Of a stretch of 64,000 bases of DNA, positions 1 through 10,453 are shown in pieces (positions within the stretch are counted from its first letter, which is position 1; each line of letters opens with the position of its first letter). The DNA is from Elsinoe ampelina (lineage: Eukaryota). Under the pieces are notes generated by a model, which had not been told where the DNA came from, made no database searches, and saw only the letters and a list, made by a program, of their open reading frames with translations. The DNA is taken from NCBI GenBank assembly GCA_010093995.1, contig ML992502.1, positions 799,001 through 863,000 on the forward strand. Reading direction: 5' to 3'. The position numbers and the translations under genes were made by a program.

Positions 1-1254
1 TTTGCTGGCTCGTTCGTCAATACGGTCGGTATCAAGGTCTCCCTTGCATTTGGAGGTCTTGGTTACACCATCTATGTCGCCTCCATGCTTTGCTACACCC
101 ACACCCAAAACCAGGGCTTCACCATCTTCGCTGGAGCTTTGCTCGGTGCTTGTGCTGGTATTCTCTGGAGTGCTCAGGGCGCTATCATGTTGGCGTACCC
201 ACCCGAGGAGTCCAAGGGCAAGTACATCTCCTGGTTCTGGATGATCTTCAATATGGGAGGTGTCATTGGCAGTTTGGCAAGATCGCCATGTCGCGCGGAC
301 TCGGCCAGAGCTAATAATTACCAGATCCCTCTTGGTCAGAACATCAACACAACGACCAACTCGACAGTCTCTGACGGCACTTATATTGGCTTCATTGTTC
401 TCACCTTTATTGGAGCTTGCCTTGCTTTGACTCTCGTCGACGCGAAGAGCGTGATCCGTAAGGACGGCTCGAAGATCATCCTCATGAAGAACCCAACCTG
501 GCAATCCGAACTTCTCGGTCTCTGGGAGTCTATCCGATCTGACCCATACATCATCTGCCTCTTCCCCATGTTCTTCGCTAGCAACTGGTTCTATACGTAC
601 CAGTTCAACGGAGTCAACCTTGCTCGCTTCAACACCCGCACCCGTGCTCTCAACAACGTACTCTACTGGTTTTCGCAGATAATAGGTGCGTTCATCTTTG
701 GGTACGGCCTCGACGTTCAAGCCCTGCGCCGATCAGTTCGCGCTAAGATCGCATGGATCGCGCTTTTTGTCATCACCATGGTTGTATGGGGAGGTGGCTT
801 TGCGTTCCAGAATGGTATCGACCGTGACATTACGGATGTCGAGGGCTATATCAAGATGGACTGGACTACCACGGGATACGTCGGTCCCATGTTCCTCTAC
901 ATCTTCTACGGCATTTATGACGCGGCCTGGCAGACGTGCGTATACTGGTTCATAGGAAGTCTTACCAACAACTCACGCAAGATCGCCAACTTTGCTGGGT
1001 TCTACAAGGGCATTCAGTCTACAGGCGCGGCAATCATCTGGAGGCTTGATGCCCTCAAGATTCCGTATATGAACGAGTTCGCTTCGTGCTGGGCACTTCT
1101 GGCCGGGAGTCTGCTCATCGCAGCACCAGTCATCTACGTCCGTATCAAGGATCACGTTGACTTGGAGGAGGACTTGAAGTTTTCCGATGAGACAAAGGCT
1201 GAAGTAGTCGCTCATGGTGGGACAAAATCAGCGGATGATCACGAGCTCGCATGA
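1..1254 (+). CDS. UNC-93-like/DUF895 MFS transporter, 5'-truncated by the window (possible Ngt1-type GlcNAc transporter)
   Basis: Multi-TM ORF with family-typical segments LWSAQGAIMLAYP, IFNMGGVIG, PMFFASNWFYTYQFN, AGFYKGIQS. Probable 48-nt GC-AG intron at 277-324. Stop TGA at 1252-1254. Confidence 0.88.
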   Translation, partial: FAGSFVNTVGIKVSLAFGGLGYTIYVASMLCYTHTQNQGFTIFAGALLGACAGILWSAQGAIMLAYPPEESKGKYISWFWMIFNMGGVIGSLARSPCRADSARANNYQIPLGQNINTTTNSTVSDGTYIGFIVLTFIGACLALTLVDAKSVIRKDGSKIILMKNPTWQSELLGLWESIRSDPYIICLFPMFFASNWFYTYQFNGVNLARFNTRTRALNNVLYWFSQIIGAFIFGYGLDVQALRRSVRAKIAWIALFVITMVVWGGGFAFQNGIDRDITDVEGYIKMDWTTTGYVGPMFLYIFYGIYDAAWQTCVYWFIGSLTNNSRKIANFAGFYKGIQSTGAAIIWRLDALKIPYMNEFASCWALLAGSLLIAAPVIYVRIKDHVDLEEDLKFSDETKAEVVAHGGTKSADDHELA

Positions 1255-2296
1255 ATTGATTAAGGAGACCAGAGACTTGAGCGCCTTGCAATGACCGACA
1301 CGAGTTTGCTTTCCGGATCTGTATCACCATATGTGCTTCAATATCACGAGCTTTATTACATCCCTTCCTTCGTGCCGTTAGATCGTTCTGTCCCGCTCGC
1401 TGACACTGATCATCTGCTTGTCGATCGCCGCGCTACTGTGCCCGAGTTGCAGCACGTCAGACCTTGCATTTGGCCATGTTCAGGCCACTTGCACCCCGCT
1501 CTGCAACAACCAGTCGACTGATAAAAACTCGTGCATATTTTGTTGGCTCTAGAGTAAGACGGAAGGAAACGGATAGCCGCAGGATGATCACACTTGGTCT
1601 TGGTTGCGGCGAGACGAGACGAACGGAAGTGATGGGCAGCACAGACTTTCATCCACCAAAGATCCACCTTTGGTAAAAGATGGTGGGGGCTTCCGATGTA
1701 ACCTCGACCTGTCCAACGATATTGTTATTATCTCCCACCGCGGGATAATCAACCCCGAACGACGAATCCAATGGACTAGAGCTCCGACATACGGTCATTA
1801 CCGCTACTGCACGCGCTCCGATGCAGCATTGAGGCGCGTCCCACTACTCTGGTGTACGGCCTTCAAATCCGGAACGTCAACTCTAATCAGACCCGCCGAA
1901 TGGAACCTCAGAAGTCAACATCGCCCCAGCACAGTAGCAACAAGCTCGTCGTGGTCAGACTCTGCAGCAAATGGACACGTGCCAGGCCATGACAGACCTT
2001 GAAAGGCCTGCGTTTCCATCTTCGATTCGACAAGTCCGCATCTGCATAGCATTCCGCATTCTACAAGCGCCTAGATTGTGATCAGTACTACATACCACTC
2101 TAGAACAACGCCACGAGGTAGTAGGATACATCTGAGCCGTTCTGCACTCGATAGAGCAGACCAGTCAATACTCCAATCACAAGCTAAGCAATTCAATCAC
2201 AAAGGTTTGCGACACTACTTGTTCACATTGAGACACATCCACCAACGGGCACTCGACTTGCCAGCACTTGAACCGCGCCGCACACCTGCAGACCCA

Positions 2297-3919
2297 ATGA
2301 TTCTACTTTCCCAGCCTCGCAGCATTCATACATTATCCTTGCCTACTAGTAAGCATGCACCGGATATCACAGTTCGACAAATACAAAAGAGCATGGAAGA
2401 ATACCTGATGGAGGTGCGGCAGGCCCTCACTGCACACCTCGCGCCTATCACTCTCAAGGGTCTCTCTACTCGACTTCAAGCAGAGTTTCGAAGCAAGCTA
2501 CAGAGCTCTGACATATCGTTCCTACCTTCATACCACCACACACTGCCGTCTGGTTCAGAGACTGGCACATTTCTGGCTCTTGACGTAGGCGGCTCCAACT
2601 TTCGTCTGGCCCTCATCTCTCTCCATACCAGAGCACGACCAACGGAAGAGGAACAAACACAAGTGCTTCATACTCTTACCTTTCCGATTGACGCCTCGGT
2701 GCGAGCTCTCCGCGGCCATGCTTTCTTTCAGTGGATGGGGGATCGCATCAAGGACATGCTCGATTCATGTCCGACCGTGACGGCCGGGTTCAATGCCGAA
2801 TCGCCACTGCAGATGGGACTTGCATGGTCATTCCCCATTCATGCAACCTCACAACGCTCCGGCTACCTCTTAGCGATGGGCAAAGGTTTCTCAGCGACAA
2901 TCGGGATCGAAGGTCAAGACCTGTCATCGCTGATTATGGGACCTTGCCAGGCACTCCAACTACCCGTCCACCTATCCACGGTTATCAACGACGGATCCGC
3001 CTCGCTTCTCAGCCAAGCATACCGCGAGTCAACAACACGCATGTCCCTCATCCTCGGCACTGGCACAAACAGCTCGATCTACCTCCCCGTCTCAGCCCTA
3101 TCAGAAGACAAGCTTGGCTCTCGACCCAATTCATGGCTCAGCAAAGCGAAGCGTGTCTGCGTCAACACTGAGCTCTCCATGCATGGAAAAAACGTCTGGC
3201 CACTTACACGGTGGGACGAAGCGCTCGACCGCGATCACGAACGGCCAGGCTTCCAGCCGTTCGAGCATTTGGTCGGTGGGCGATACCTCGGCGAGATCGT
3301 CCGGCTCATTCTCCTCGACGCCATCTCGGATGCCAATGTCTTCGACGGCTCAATTCCACAAGCTCTCGAGATCCCCTATATCCTCGATAGTGGCGTACTC
3401 GCCGCCTTCGCCACTGAAGGCCCCGCAGCATTAGACAAGGCCTCGAAGCTCTTCACCTCAAGATTCCCACTTGACCGTCCCATGACCAAACACGAAGCCT
3501 CATTCATCCGAGACGTTGCTGCTCTTGTCTCCGAGCGAGCTGCTGCCTACGAAGCTGCCGCCGTTCATGCCCTGTGGGAGCTACGAGGACAAAGCGAAGC
3601 TCGGCTCAAGTACCACGAGACACAACATAATCTATTCACATCATCGAACGGGAACCACAATGGCTCCAAGGAGGGAATGCATATCCTCTCTCATGAAGAA
3701 ATGAAAGTCACCATTGCTTGCAACGGGAGCATACTGGAGAAGTACCCTGACTTCAGGGAGCGATGTCAGGAGTACATCGATGCATTGACCACTTTGTCTG
3801 TCGGGGAAATGGGCCTCGAAAGCAGAAAAGGCCGATTGGTGGAACTTAGCATGGCTCGGGAGAGCAGCATGTTTGGCGCCGCAGTGGCAGCTGCGTGCTG
3901 CGAGCAAGACGAACAGTGA
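2297..3919 (+). CDS. Hexokinase-family protein of the GlcNAc-kinase/HxkC-like clade
   Basis: LALDVGGSNFR, MGLAWSFP, MGKGF, INDG, ILGTGTN, NTELS, QPFEHLVGGRYLGEIVR motifs. AWSFP/MGKGF replace the FTFSFP/WTKGF of glucose hexokinases. Start taken at the first in-frame ATG (2297). Confidence 0.85.
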   Translation: MILLSQPRSIHTLSLPTSKHAPDITVRQIQKSMEEYLMEVRQALTAHLAPITLKGLSTRLQAEFRSKLQSSDISFLPSYHHTLPSGSETGTFLALDVGGSNFRLALISLHTRARPTEEEQTQVLHTLTFPIDASVRALRGHAFFQWMGDRIKDMLDSCPTVTAGFNAESPLQMGLAWSFPIHATSQRSGYLLAMGKGFSATIGIEGQDLSSLIMGPCQALQLPVHLSTVINDGSASLLSQAYRESTTRMSLILGTGTNSSIYLPVSALSEDKLGSRPNSWLSKAKRVCVNTELSMHGKNVWPLTRWDEALDRDHERPGFQPFEHLVGGRYLGEIVRLILLDAISDANVFDGSIPQALEIPYILDSGVLAAFATEGPAALDKASKLFTSRFPLDRPMTKHEASFIRDVAALVSERAAAYEAAAVHALWELRGQSEARLKYHETQHNLFTSSNGNHNGSKEGMHILSHEEMKVTIACNGSILEKYPDFRERCQEYIDALTTLSVGEMGLESRKGRLVELSMARESSMFGAAVAAACCEQDEQ

Positions 3920-4545
3920 AGTGAATAATAGCGATGAGCCACAGAAGAGGCAACAGCGGGGCATATGAGGGGCACATTGGACGCAGATCCGGAACGGGCA
4001 TCCGGCATGGCGTTGGGACTCGTCAAGGATCACGGCAGGGAGCAAGTGGTGCATTTGGACGTCAGGGAAGGAGGGCCGCATCTATTCGAAGAGCTCGATA
4101 GAGGACGGACATGACGGAGCACAAGGCTAAGTCATGGCATTACGGGCGTGGTCACGTGCATTGTGCTTGAGGATTAGTGTTGGCAGATTTTCTGGATATG
4201 AATGATGACATACACCCCTTGTCCCTCGACGCTGTCTCCGTCTGATGACACTGCCTCTGCACGACATTGCCGGGACACAGCTTGTGGAGTGTTGTTACTC
4301 ATACGACACGCCAGGCTTGTCGATGCAAAGAGATGCGCTACAGCAAGCCTGGCCGACAATAGTTCCACCGCGTCATGGGAAGTACACGAGAACCACGATT
4401 AGAAAACATTATCCACCAGTGCAGCCCGTCCCTAACCCCAGGAGAAAGGAGAATATACAAAGAGACTTCAGCTCTGCCTTCCCAACGCCACCTCAGTCCA
4501 CATCCACCTTCCCCCCATCCATCACTGATTCACCGAAGCACACCA

Positions 4546-6873
4546 TCACCCCCCGGCCCCCTTCGTCCGACTCCTAAATCTCCCCCTCAACCCCACCCCA
4601 ACACCCTTCTTCTCCTCCCTCCCCTCCCCAACCCGCTCCGTCAAACTCCTCCCCTTCTCGCCCACCCCCGGCCCCGATCCCAATCCCCCGATACTCCCCC
4701 CCCTATTCCTCCTCCTCAGCTCCTCCCTCCTCCTCTCCACCGTATCCTGACTCAACCCGCCAAACCCCCCTCTCTTCCTGAAACACAGCTCCATCAGACC
4801 GTTAACATCGAGGAGTGACCTCGGCGCCGTCTGCACAATCTGGAAAACCTCCATCGGGTCCCCGGCGTCGCGGACGCGCGGCTCGCACGTCTTGAAGATG
4901 GCCAGGGCGGCGCGGAACAGCGTCTTTGAGCCTTCGAGGAAGAGGACGTCCCAGATGCGAAGGGCGGTTTCGAGGGGGAGGGTGGTGAGGTAGAGGGTGA
5001 GGAACCACGGGGTGGTGGCGAGGGAGACGGTGGGGAGGGAGAGGGGTCCGATGGCGGGGGAGGCGGTGGTGGGGTTGGGCGACGGGGCGGCGGACGGGGG
5101 TTTGTCGTCCAGTTTGCTCCAGACCGAGGGGAGGAGTTCGCGGACTGTGGACATGAGGACGCTGATGTCGATGTTGGCGCCTTCGAGGGAGACGCCGTGG
5201 GTGCCTGGCAGGAAGTCGGTGGTGATGACGTTGAGGAGGAGGAAGGATTTTTCTTCGTCTTGGTCGAGGAAGAGGAGGAGGAGGCCCGCGATGAAGTTGA
5301 GGGATTGGCAGTAGCCGATGGAGGGGCGGTGGACGGCGAACGCTTGGAGGACGCGGCGGAGGGCGGAGATGATGGGGGTTTCGAAGGCGTCGGGGGAGGA
5401 GGGGTCGTTGGAGGCGGAGTCGGGTTTGAAGGTGATGTTGTCGGGGAAGGTGCGGTTGAGGTCGCGCTCGATGTGTTCGCGGTCGGTTTCGGTGAGTTTG
5501 TCTTCGTGTTTGATTTGGTGGAGGAGGTTGAAGTAGACACCCTCGTGCTTCTTTTGGAGTCCAGGTCCGCCTGCGTACCAGAACCATGCTGCACCTCGCC
5601 ATTCTGGTGGGATGCCCTTCCGCACATAACGCTTAATCTTCTCGGACTTGGGCGGAAAGCGAGTTGGTGCTTCCGTGGACAGGCCGAACTGCTTCATCAT
5701 TGCTTGCCACTTGACCTTACGCCTTTCCAGGTGGCCATTATAACCTCGTTCCCATTCGTCGAATTGCTCCAAGTTGACATGATGTGATATTTTCTTGAAA
5801 CCATATCTGTCTCTCGGAGGTGCGGGCGGTGCAATCACAGTACCAGGCTGCTTCGGCTCCTCGACCAATGGTGTCCCCGGCACAGTCGGAGTGATGTCCC
5901 CATGGCCAATCATCTCGAATGAAGTCCTAGTCTCGAACGTAGGAGGAGCCAGACTGCTCTGTCCAGATTGGTATAGCCCCAGACCTTCCGTAAGTACCGC
6001 TGAGCGACTCCGCCTGTGGAGATGTGCCGGTCGCTTCTGCCCGCTGGGAGATGACGAAGGCCTTTCCGGCGACGGCTCTGCATTCGACATGTCCATTGAT
6101 CGTTTTGAAGGAGTATCGAATCCGTCGCAGTACATCCCTATCGCGTCTTCGACGCTAAAACTCTCATCTCTCACTGCCGGCGACCCCGGGTGAATTTTCA
6201 CAAAGTCGCTTGTTGAACTGTATCCCGTGGCCATACTGCTTCTCTCCGTACTTGCGATCGAATCCATAAAGCTCGAGTTGCTTGTCATTGCCGACTTGAA
6301 GCTCTCTCTCACTCCTTCCGCGTTCACATTTTGGGGACGCGGTATTTCCTCCCAAGAAGGATCCGGCGCTGGGTATCCGGGTCCATGCTCATGCTGCCAC
6401 GCTAGACGCTCGCGCAGTCCTCTCATGCCTTCCGATATCGACCGTGAAGCTCGCAGTGCGGGCATGTTCCTCCGGCCCAATTCGCCATAAGGCGGACCGT
6501 CCTGTCTCGACCATGCATTTGTCGGCGGCTCCATGGCCGACTGAGGGACGACATCGTGACTCTTCTTCCGCGGTGCTGGTTCCTGCTGAGCACTGTGAAG
6601 CGCTCGAGGGTGTTGATGTGCCGCTGTGACTGCTGTAAAATCTGGCGAAGCGGCGGAGGGACTTGTGCTGGGAACAAATGGCTCCGCTCGCTGACCTGTG
6701 AATAGCAGCGGATGTGGTCCCCGACGATTCTGCAGTCGGTGTGGTGACGCTTTTCGTAGCGGAACATAAGGCTGAGAATGCTGTACCTGTCCGGGACCAA
6801 TGTTGAGCGGCGAGCTTCTATCAAGCCAGCCATGACTGGTCGTCGCGTGATCCGCCATGGCCGCAAGCTTCAT
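4546..6873 (-). CDS. TBC-domain Rab GTPase-activating protein (Msb3/Gyp3-like)
   Basis: RDRYGF, VRKGIPPEWRGAAW, IERDLNRTFP (Arg finger), GYCQSLNFIAG (Gln finger), LRIWDVLF. Start could be 6873 or 6858. Confidence 0.9.
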   Translation of the reverse strand: MKLAAMADHATTSHGWLDRSSPLNIGPGQVQHSQPYVPLRKASPHRLQNRRGPHPLLFTGQRAEPFVPSTSPSAASPDFTAVTAAHQHPRALHSAQQEPAPRKKSHDVVPQSAMEPPTNAWSRQDGPPYGELGRRNMPALRASRSISEGMRGLRERLAWQHEHGPGYPAPDPSWEEIPRPQNVNAEGVRESFKSAMTSNSSFMDSIASTERSSMATGYSSTSDFVKIHPGSPAVRDESFSVEDAIGMYCDGFDTPSKRSMDMSNAEPSPERPSSSPSGQKRPAHLHRRSRSAVLTEGLGLYQSGQSSLAPPTFETRTSFEMIGHGDITPTVPGTPLVEEPKQPGTVIAPPAPPRDRYGFKKISHHVNLEQFDEWERGYNGHLERRKVKWQAMMKQFGLSTEAPTRFPPKSEKIKRYVRKGIPPEWRGAAWFWYAGGPGLQKKHEGVYFNLLHQIKHEDKLTETDREHIERDLNRTFPDNITFKPDSASNDPSSPDAFETPIISALRRVLQAFAVHRPSIGYCQSLNFIAGLLLLFLDQDEEKSFLLLNVITTDFLPGTHGVSLEGANIDISVLMSTVRELLPSVWSKLDDKPPSAAPSPNPTTASPAIGPLSLPTVSLATTPWFLTLYLTTLPLETALRIWDVLFLEGSKTLFRAALAIFKTCEPRVRDAGDPMEVFQIVQTAPRSLLDVNGLMELCFRKRGGFGGLSQDTVERRREELRRRNRGGSIGGLGSGPGVGEKGRSLTERVGEGREEKKGVGVGLRGRFRSRTKGAGG

Positions 6874-7557
6874 GGGTCCAGTAGCTCGAGAAGCGCGGTG
6901 TGAATTGCACAAAGCAGCTCACATGGAGAGACAAGGTCTCGCGGGAGCTGCACGGTGATTCTCCGAAGTCTCCCCAGTCCATGCTCTTCCGGTGATACCA
7001 AATATGTCAGATGTCCGTCAGAGAGTGGATGGACTGAGGCCTGCTCAGTGCGTGATAGTAGTTTGCCGCGGGCGACTCAGGTCATGTTTTGGAGAGATGG
7101 AGGCGGTCTTCTAGCAGGTGCCGTTCAAGCTGTGAATCCCAGACTGCAGTCTCAGGTCCAGCGAGTACTCCAACGTGAAATTGCAAGGTGTATTATGCTG
7201 ATCTAATGGCCAATGACGAACGGGCTCCGCCTTGATCACTGATTCAACGATGCATGTGGATCTCATTTCAGTTGGCGGCCCGGCGCGTCCTGTCACTCCA
7301 CACCCCCACTTCAAGCCGTTTCATTGAGAGACACTTTCTTCTCGATACAATCACGATTCAGAGCAAGCTGATCGGAATATAAAGGTAAACATTCATACAA
7401 GTCTCTTCATCTCTAATCTACAGCCAATCTCATCTCTCTGTCCATTGCTGTCGGGAATGTTCCACTGCACATGGTATGATAGAATACAGTAAAGAGAACG
7501 CAACGCTGGTCGCCCGCTATGATAAATCTGGAACGCGAATGCCCAATGCAAGTTATC

Positions 7558-10045
7558 TCAACGACACCAGAAAACAACAAGCTTGTCGAAGTCCTCCTCT
7601 TGCGCGTCGACGTCATCGACCACCAGCCCCAGTATCTCCCTCCTCTTGAACTTAGCGGCCTCGATGCAACGACGACCTTCCGATTCCAGGCCCTGCGCGA
7701 GTAGAATCCTGCCTTTAAGGAATGTCGTCCGGCACACAAGATTCCTATACCAATTTTGGTGGCCCCAAATGCCGAGTGCTCGATCGACGTAGTTCCTGCG
7801 TTTGTAGGTCAGTAAGTGAACAATTACTACCACATGTTGGTGCCTAGTACCTTGCCCGCTCGTATTCGCAGCTCCTCAAATGATGGCCTGCTAGCTTGTG
7901 ACAGATGTCTGCAATACGGTAGTGGTTGTCGCCTTGGTTTTCCTCGATTTGTCTCATGCCTCGCAAGTGCAGCTCGTAACTCCGATCCATGAGCGTTTTG
8001 ACCTCCCCTTCAGTCGAAGTGTTACCACGTTGGAGCAAAAGTGCTTTGCTCTCGAGTACGTTTCCATAGCCGTACAGTATCCGTCCGGTCCTGTCTTCGT
8101 TAGTAGATATCTTGATTAGCCTCGGACTGTACACACTTGTAGGACAGTCGGTCCATAACCCCAAACTTGGCCTCTCTCTCCTCAAGGGCGGAAGCAAATG
8201 TTTGTTCCGCATCGTCGTACTTGTCGAGGACCCAGAAGGTCAAGCCCAGATTTGCAACTGGAAAGGCCAACATGTCAATGCTAAAGTCTTCGAGCGACCG
8301 ATAGACAGCGATACTTTGACGGAACAAGCTGAGCGCTGTTTCGAAGTCGTCCACCAAGGTATAAGCCACACCGAGCTGGTTATGCGCAGCGGCAAGCATC
8401 GCACTTGGAATACCAGTTTCTTCTGCGGCCGACTTGCAGAGCTGCATCAGATTTAGATTGTGCTGCATCGAAGCCTTACTGTCATGAACACTGAACGCCA
8501 CTGCCCCGAGCTCATAGTGGATCCAAGCTAGTAAATCCCGCTGCTCTCGAGTACTGGGACATGTCTCGCATAGCGCGAGGCTCTGCTTGAGATATCTACG
8601 GGACACGTACGCCATGCCTCGTTCGCGAGAATACCTGCAAAGTGTTAGTCCAACATCGTCGACCGATCCCGGCTAGAAACTCACGCTCCTGCTTCCCACA
8701 GCAGCTTTGCTATCGGGAAAGCGTCGTCGGGATATCCGCATCTGTCGAATTGCTCCTCGAGAAGCATCGATACAGAGTCCACGTGCGGGAAGTAGACCTG
8801 GCAAATAGCCCAGCGTTCGGCGGTGGTCTTCTTCTTGAGCTCGCTGTATAAGAATTTCGCTGATAGCAGATCCACCGCTTTCCGTAGTACTCTGTTCAAC
8901 TCCTCCCGCGACATCTGTGCTCGCACCTCTTGGGCAGTGACCCGATGAATAGACACTACGCGATCTCGCTTGTCCCGCTTGATCATCGAGCACTCTCTGA
9001 GTTCCACCCTGGAAGTCTCAAAGGCATCATGGGTATCCCCAGCTGCGAGATCGTCGACTGTCTGCCAATTGTTGACATCGTCACCGGTGGTAAACAGTCT
9101 TTCCGGTATACGATCAGGGTGCAGGACCGCAAGGACTTTGAGCAGTTCAGAAGTCGTGTGCGTGAGGGCGTCGAAATTGAAGGCGGTCGCAAGAGAATAC
9201 TTGTAGCGTCTACGCTGTATTGCATTATCCATAGTGCGAAATTTGGCGTATTTGTCTTGCTTCTCGACGATAGCGAGTGACTCCTGGACGGATATCTCTC
9301 GCTTCTTGATTGCGCCAGCCATTTGTACAAGCGCCAGTGGCAGACATCCAAGGGATTGGGCCATTTTTCGTGACGCAAGCAGCTCTGTGTCGGTCTGATC
9401 GCATTCTGTGAGCTTCCTTAGCAGATTCGTGCCATCTTCGTCCGAGAAGGGATCAAGGTCAATGCCTGCCTCAGCAAAATACATGATGTTCTTTGCATCG
9501 GGATCCCGGCTGGTCACCAAGATGGCTCCATTCCCACGAGACGGAAGGTAGTCGAAGAGCAGCTCAAGCTTATCAGCGTTGTCAAACACCAACAGCCACG
9601 ATACTTGGACTTCAGAAGCATATGGGTGACGTCCTTCTAGCCAGGCCTTGATATGCTGACGCCTGGTGTCGACATCTGATACCTGGTCTTGATCAACCAA
9701 GCCAAGCTCAACGGCGATATTGTTGAAGTCGGTCGAAAGCTGGGAATAGCCGCTGGCATCGATGAAGAAGATTGCATCGTACGATGACATTTGCGTGTGA
9801 ATGAATTGAAGAGCGAGGTCTGTCTTACCCACACCACACATCCCGCACAGGGCAAAGAACTTTGGCTCCGATTCGACACAACCCACGTCAGCTTCTGGCT
9901 CTGTGCGCCCCAGTAGTAACGCCTCCCCAACTTTGGCCAACTCAGCCTTGCGTCCAAAGAAATAGCCATTTGGAATGTGACCTCGCAAAGATAGGCAAGG
10001 AAGCCGTAAGCTAGACTGCTGCGTCTGCGCAGAGCGAGCTCACAT
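7558..10045 (-). CDS. NB-ARC + TPR NLR-like STAND protein, no N-terminal effector domain; 5' end defective or unresolved
   Basis: Walker A GMCGVGKT (9844-9821), Walker B WLLVFDNAD, ILVTSRD, LGCLPLAL, SIHR, then TPR-like helices ending DFDKLVVFWCR*. GT-AG introns 8635-8684, 8091-8136 and 7796-7850 join the ORFs in frame. The frame is open up to 10039 and preceded by ATG-TGA. Confidence 0.85.
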
Positions 10046-10453
10046 GATCGGGTGGCATTATTTAATCCTCAGGCAAAGTATTCTCCGTGCTCAAGGATTG
10101 GTGGATCGACCGAGGCCCAAAAAGAGGATCGCATGACGGGCGGCGATAAGCATGAGCCGTGCTTGACCAGCAATAACCGACACAAGTACCTGAGTTATCA
10201 CATGTCAGCGTGACCTGGTAGTTCATCCACTGACACGTGGCAAGCCCAAAAAGTTATAATGAGGTTTCCAGCGCCGCGGTCGACCCCGCAATTTGGGCTG
10301 TTCCGGGGCCATTTTGGGCCCAAATGGCCGCTGTGGGGGCCGGGGCGGGCGAAGCTTTTCGATTGCCTTGCCCCGAACCATGGGAACCAGTTATTTTCGA
10401 GAGGAGTATTTGCTGGTATTGACCGCATCCACCAACATCGAAGCCTAGGAACG

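Noticed and set aside
2078..2296. N-terminal extensions of the hexokinase ORF (and 10259-10453 of the oxygenase)
   Set aside because: Hexokinase extension starts at GTG; neither extension has family-like sequence, so both are treated as UTR.
4375..6193. Long overlapping/antisense ORFs over the TBC gene (likewise over the mannosidase, TFG1 and RBR genes)
   Set aside because: Low-complexity shadows of GC-rich, skewed codon usage in the real gene; no domain motifs.
10011..10043. Intron rescuing the NLR start codon
   Set aside because: A GTGAGC donor exists, but nearby acceptors give introns of 33 nt or less, or do not rebuild an in-frame ATG.
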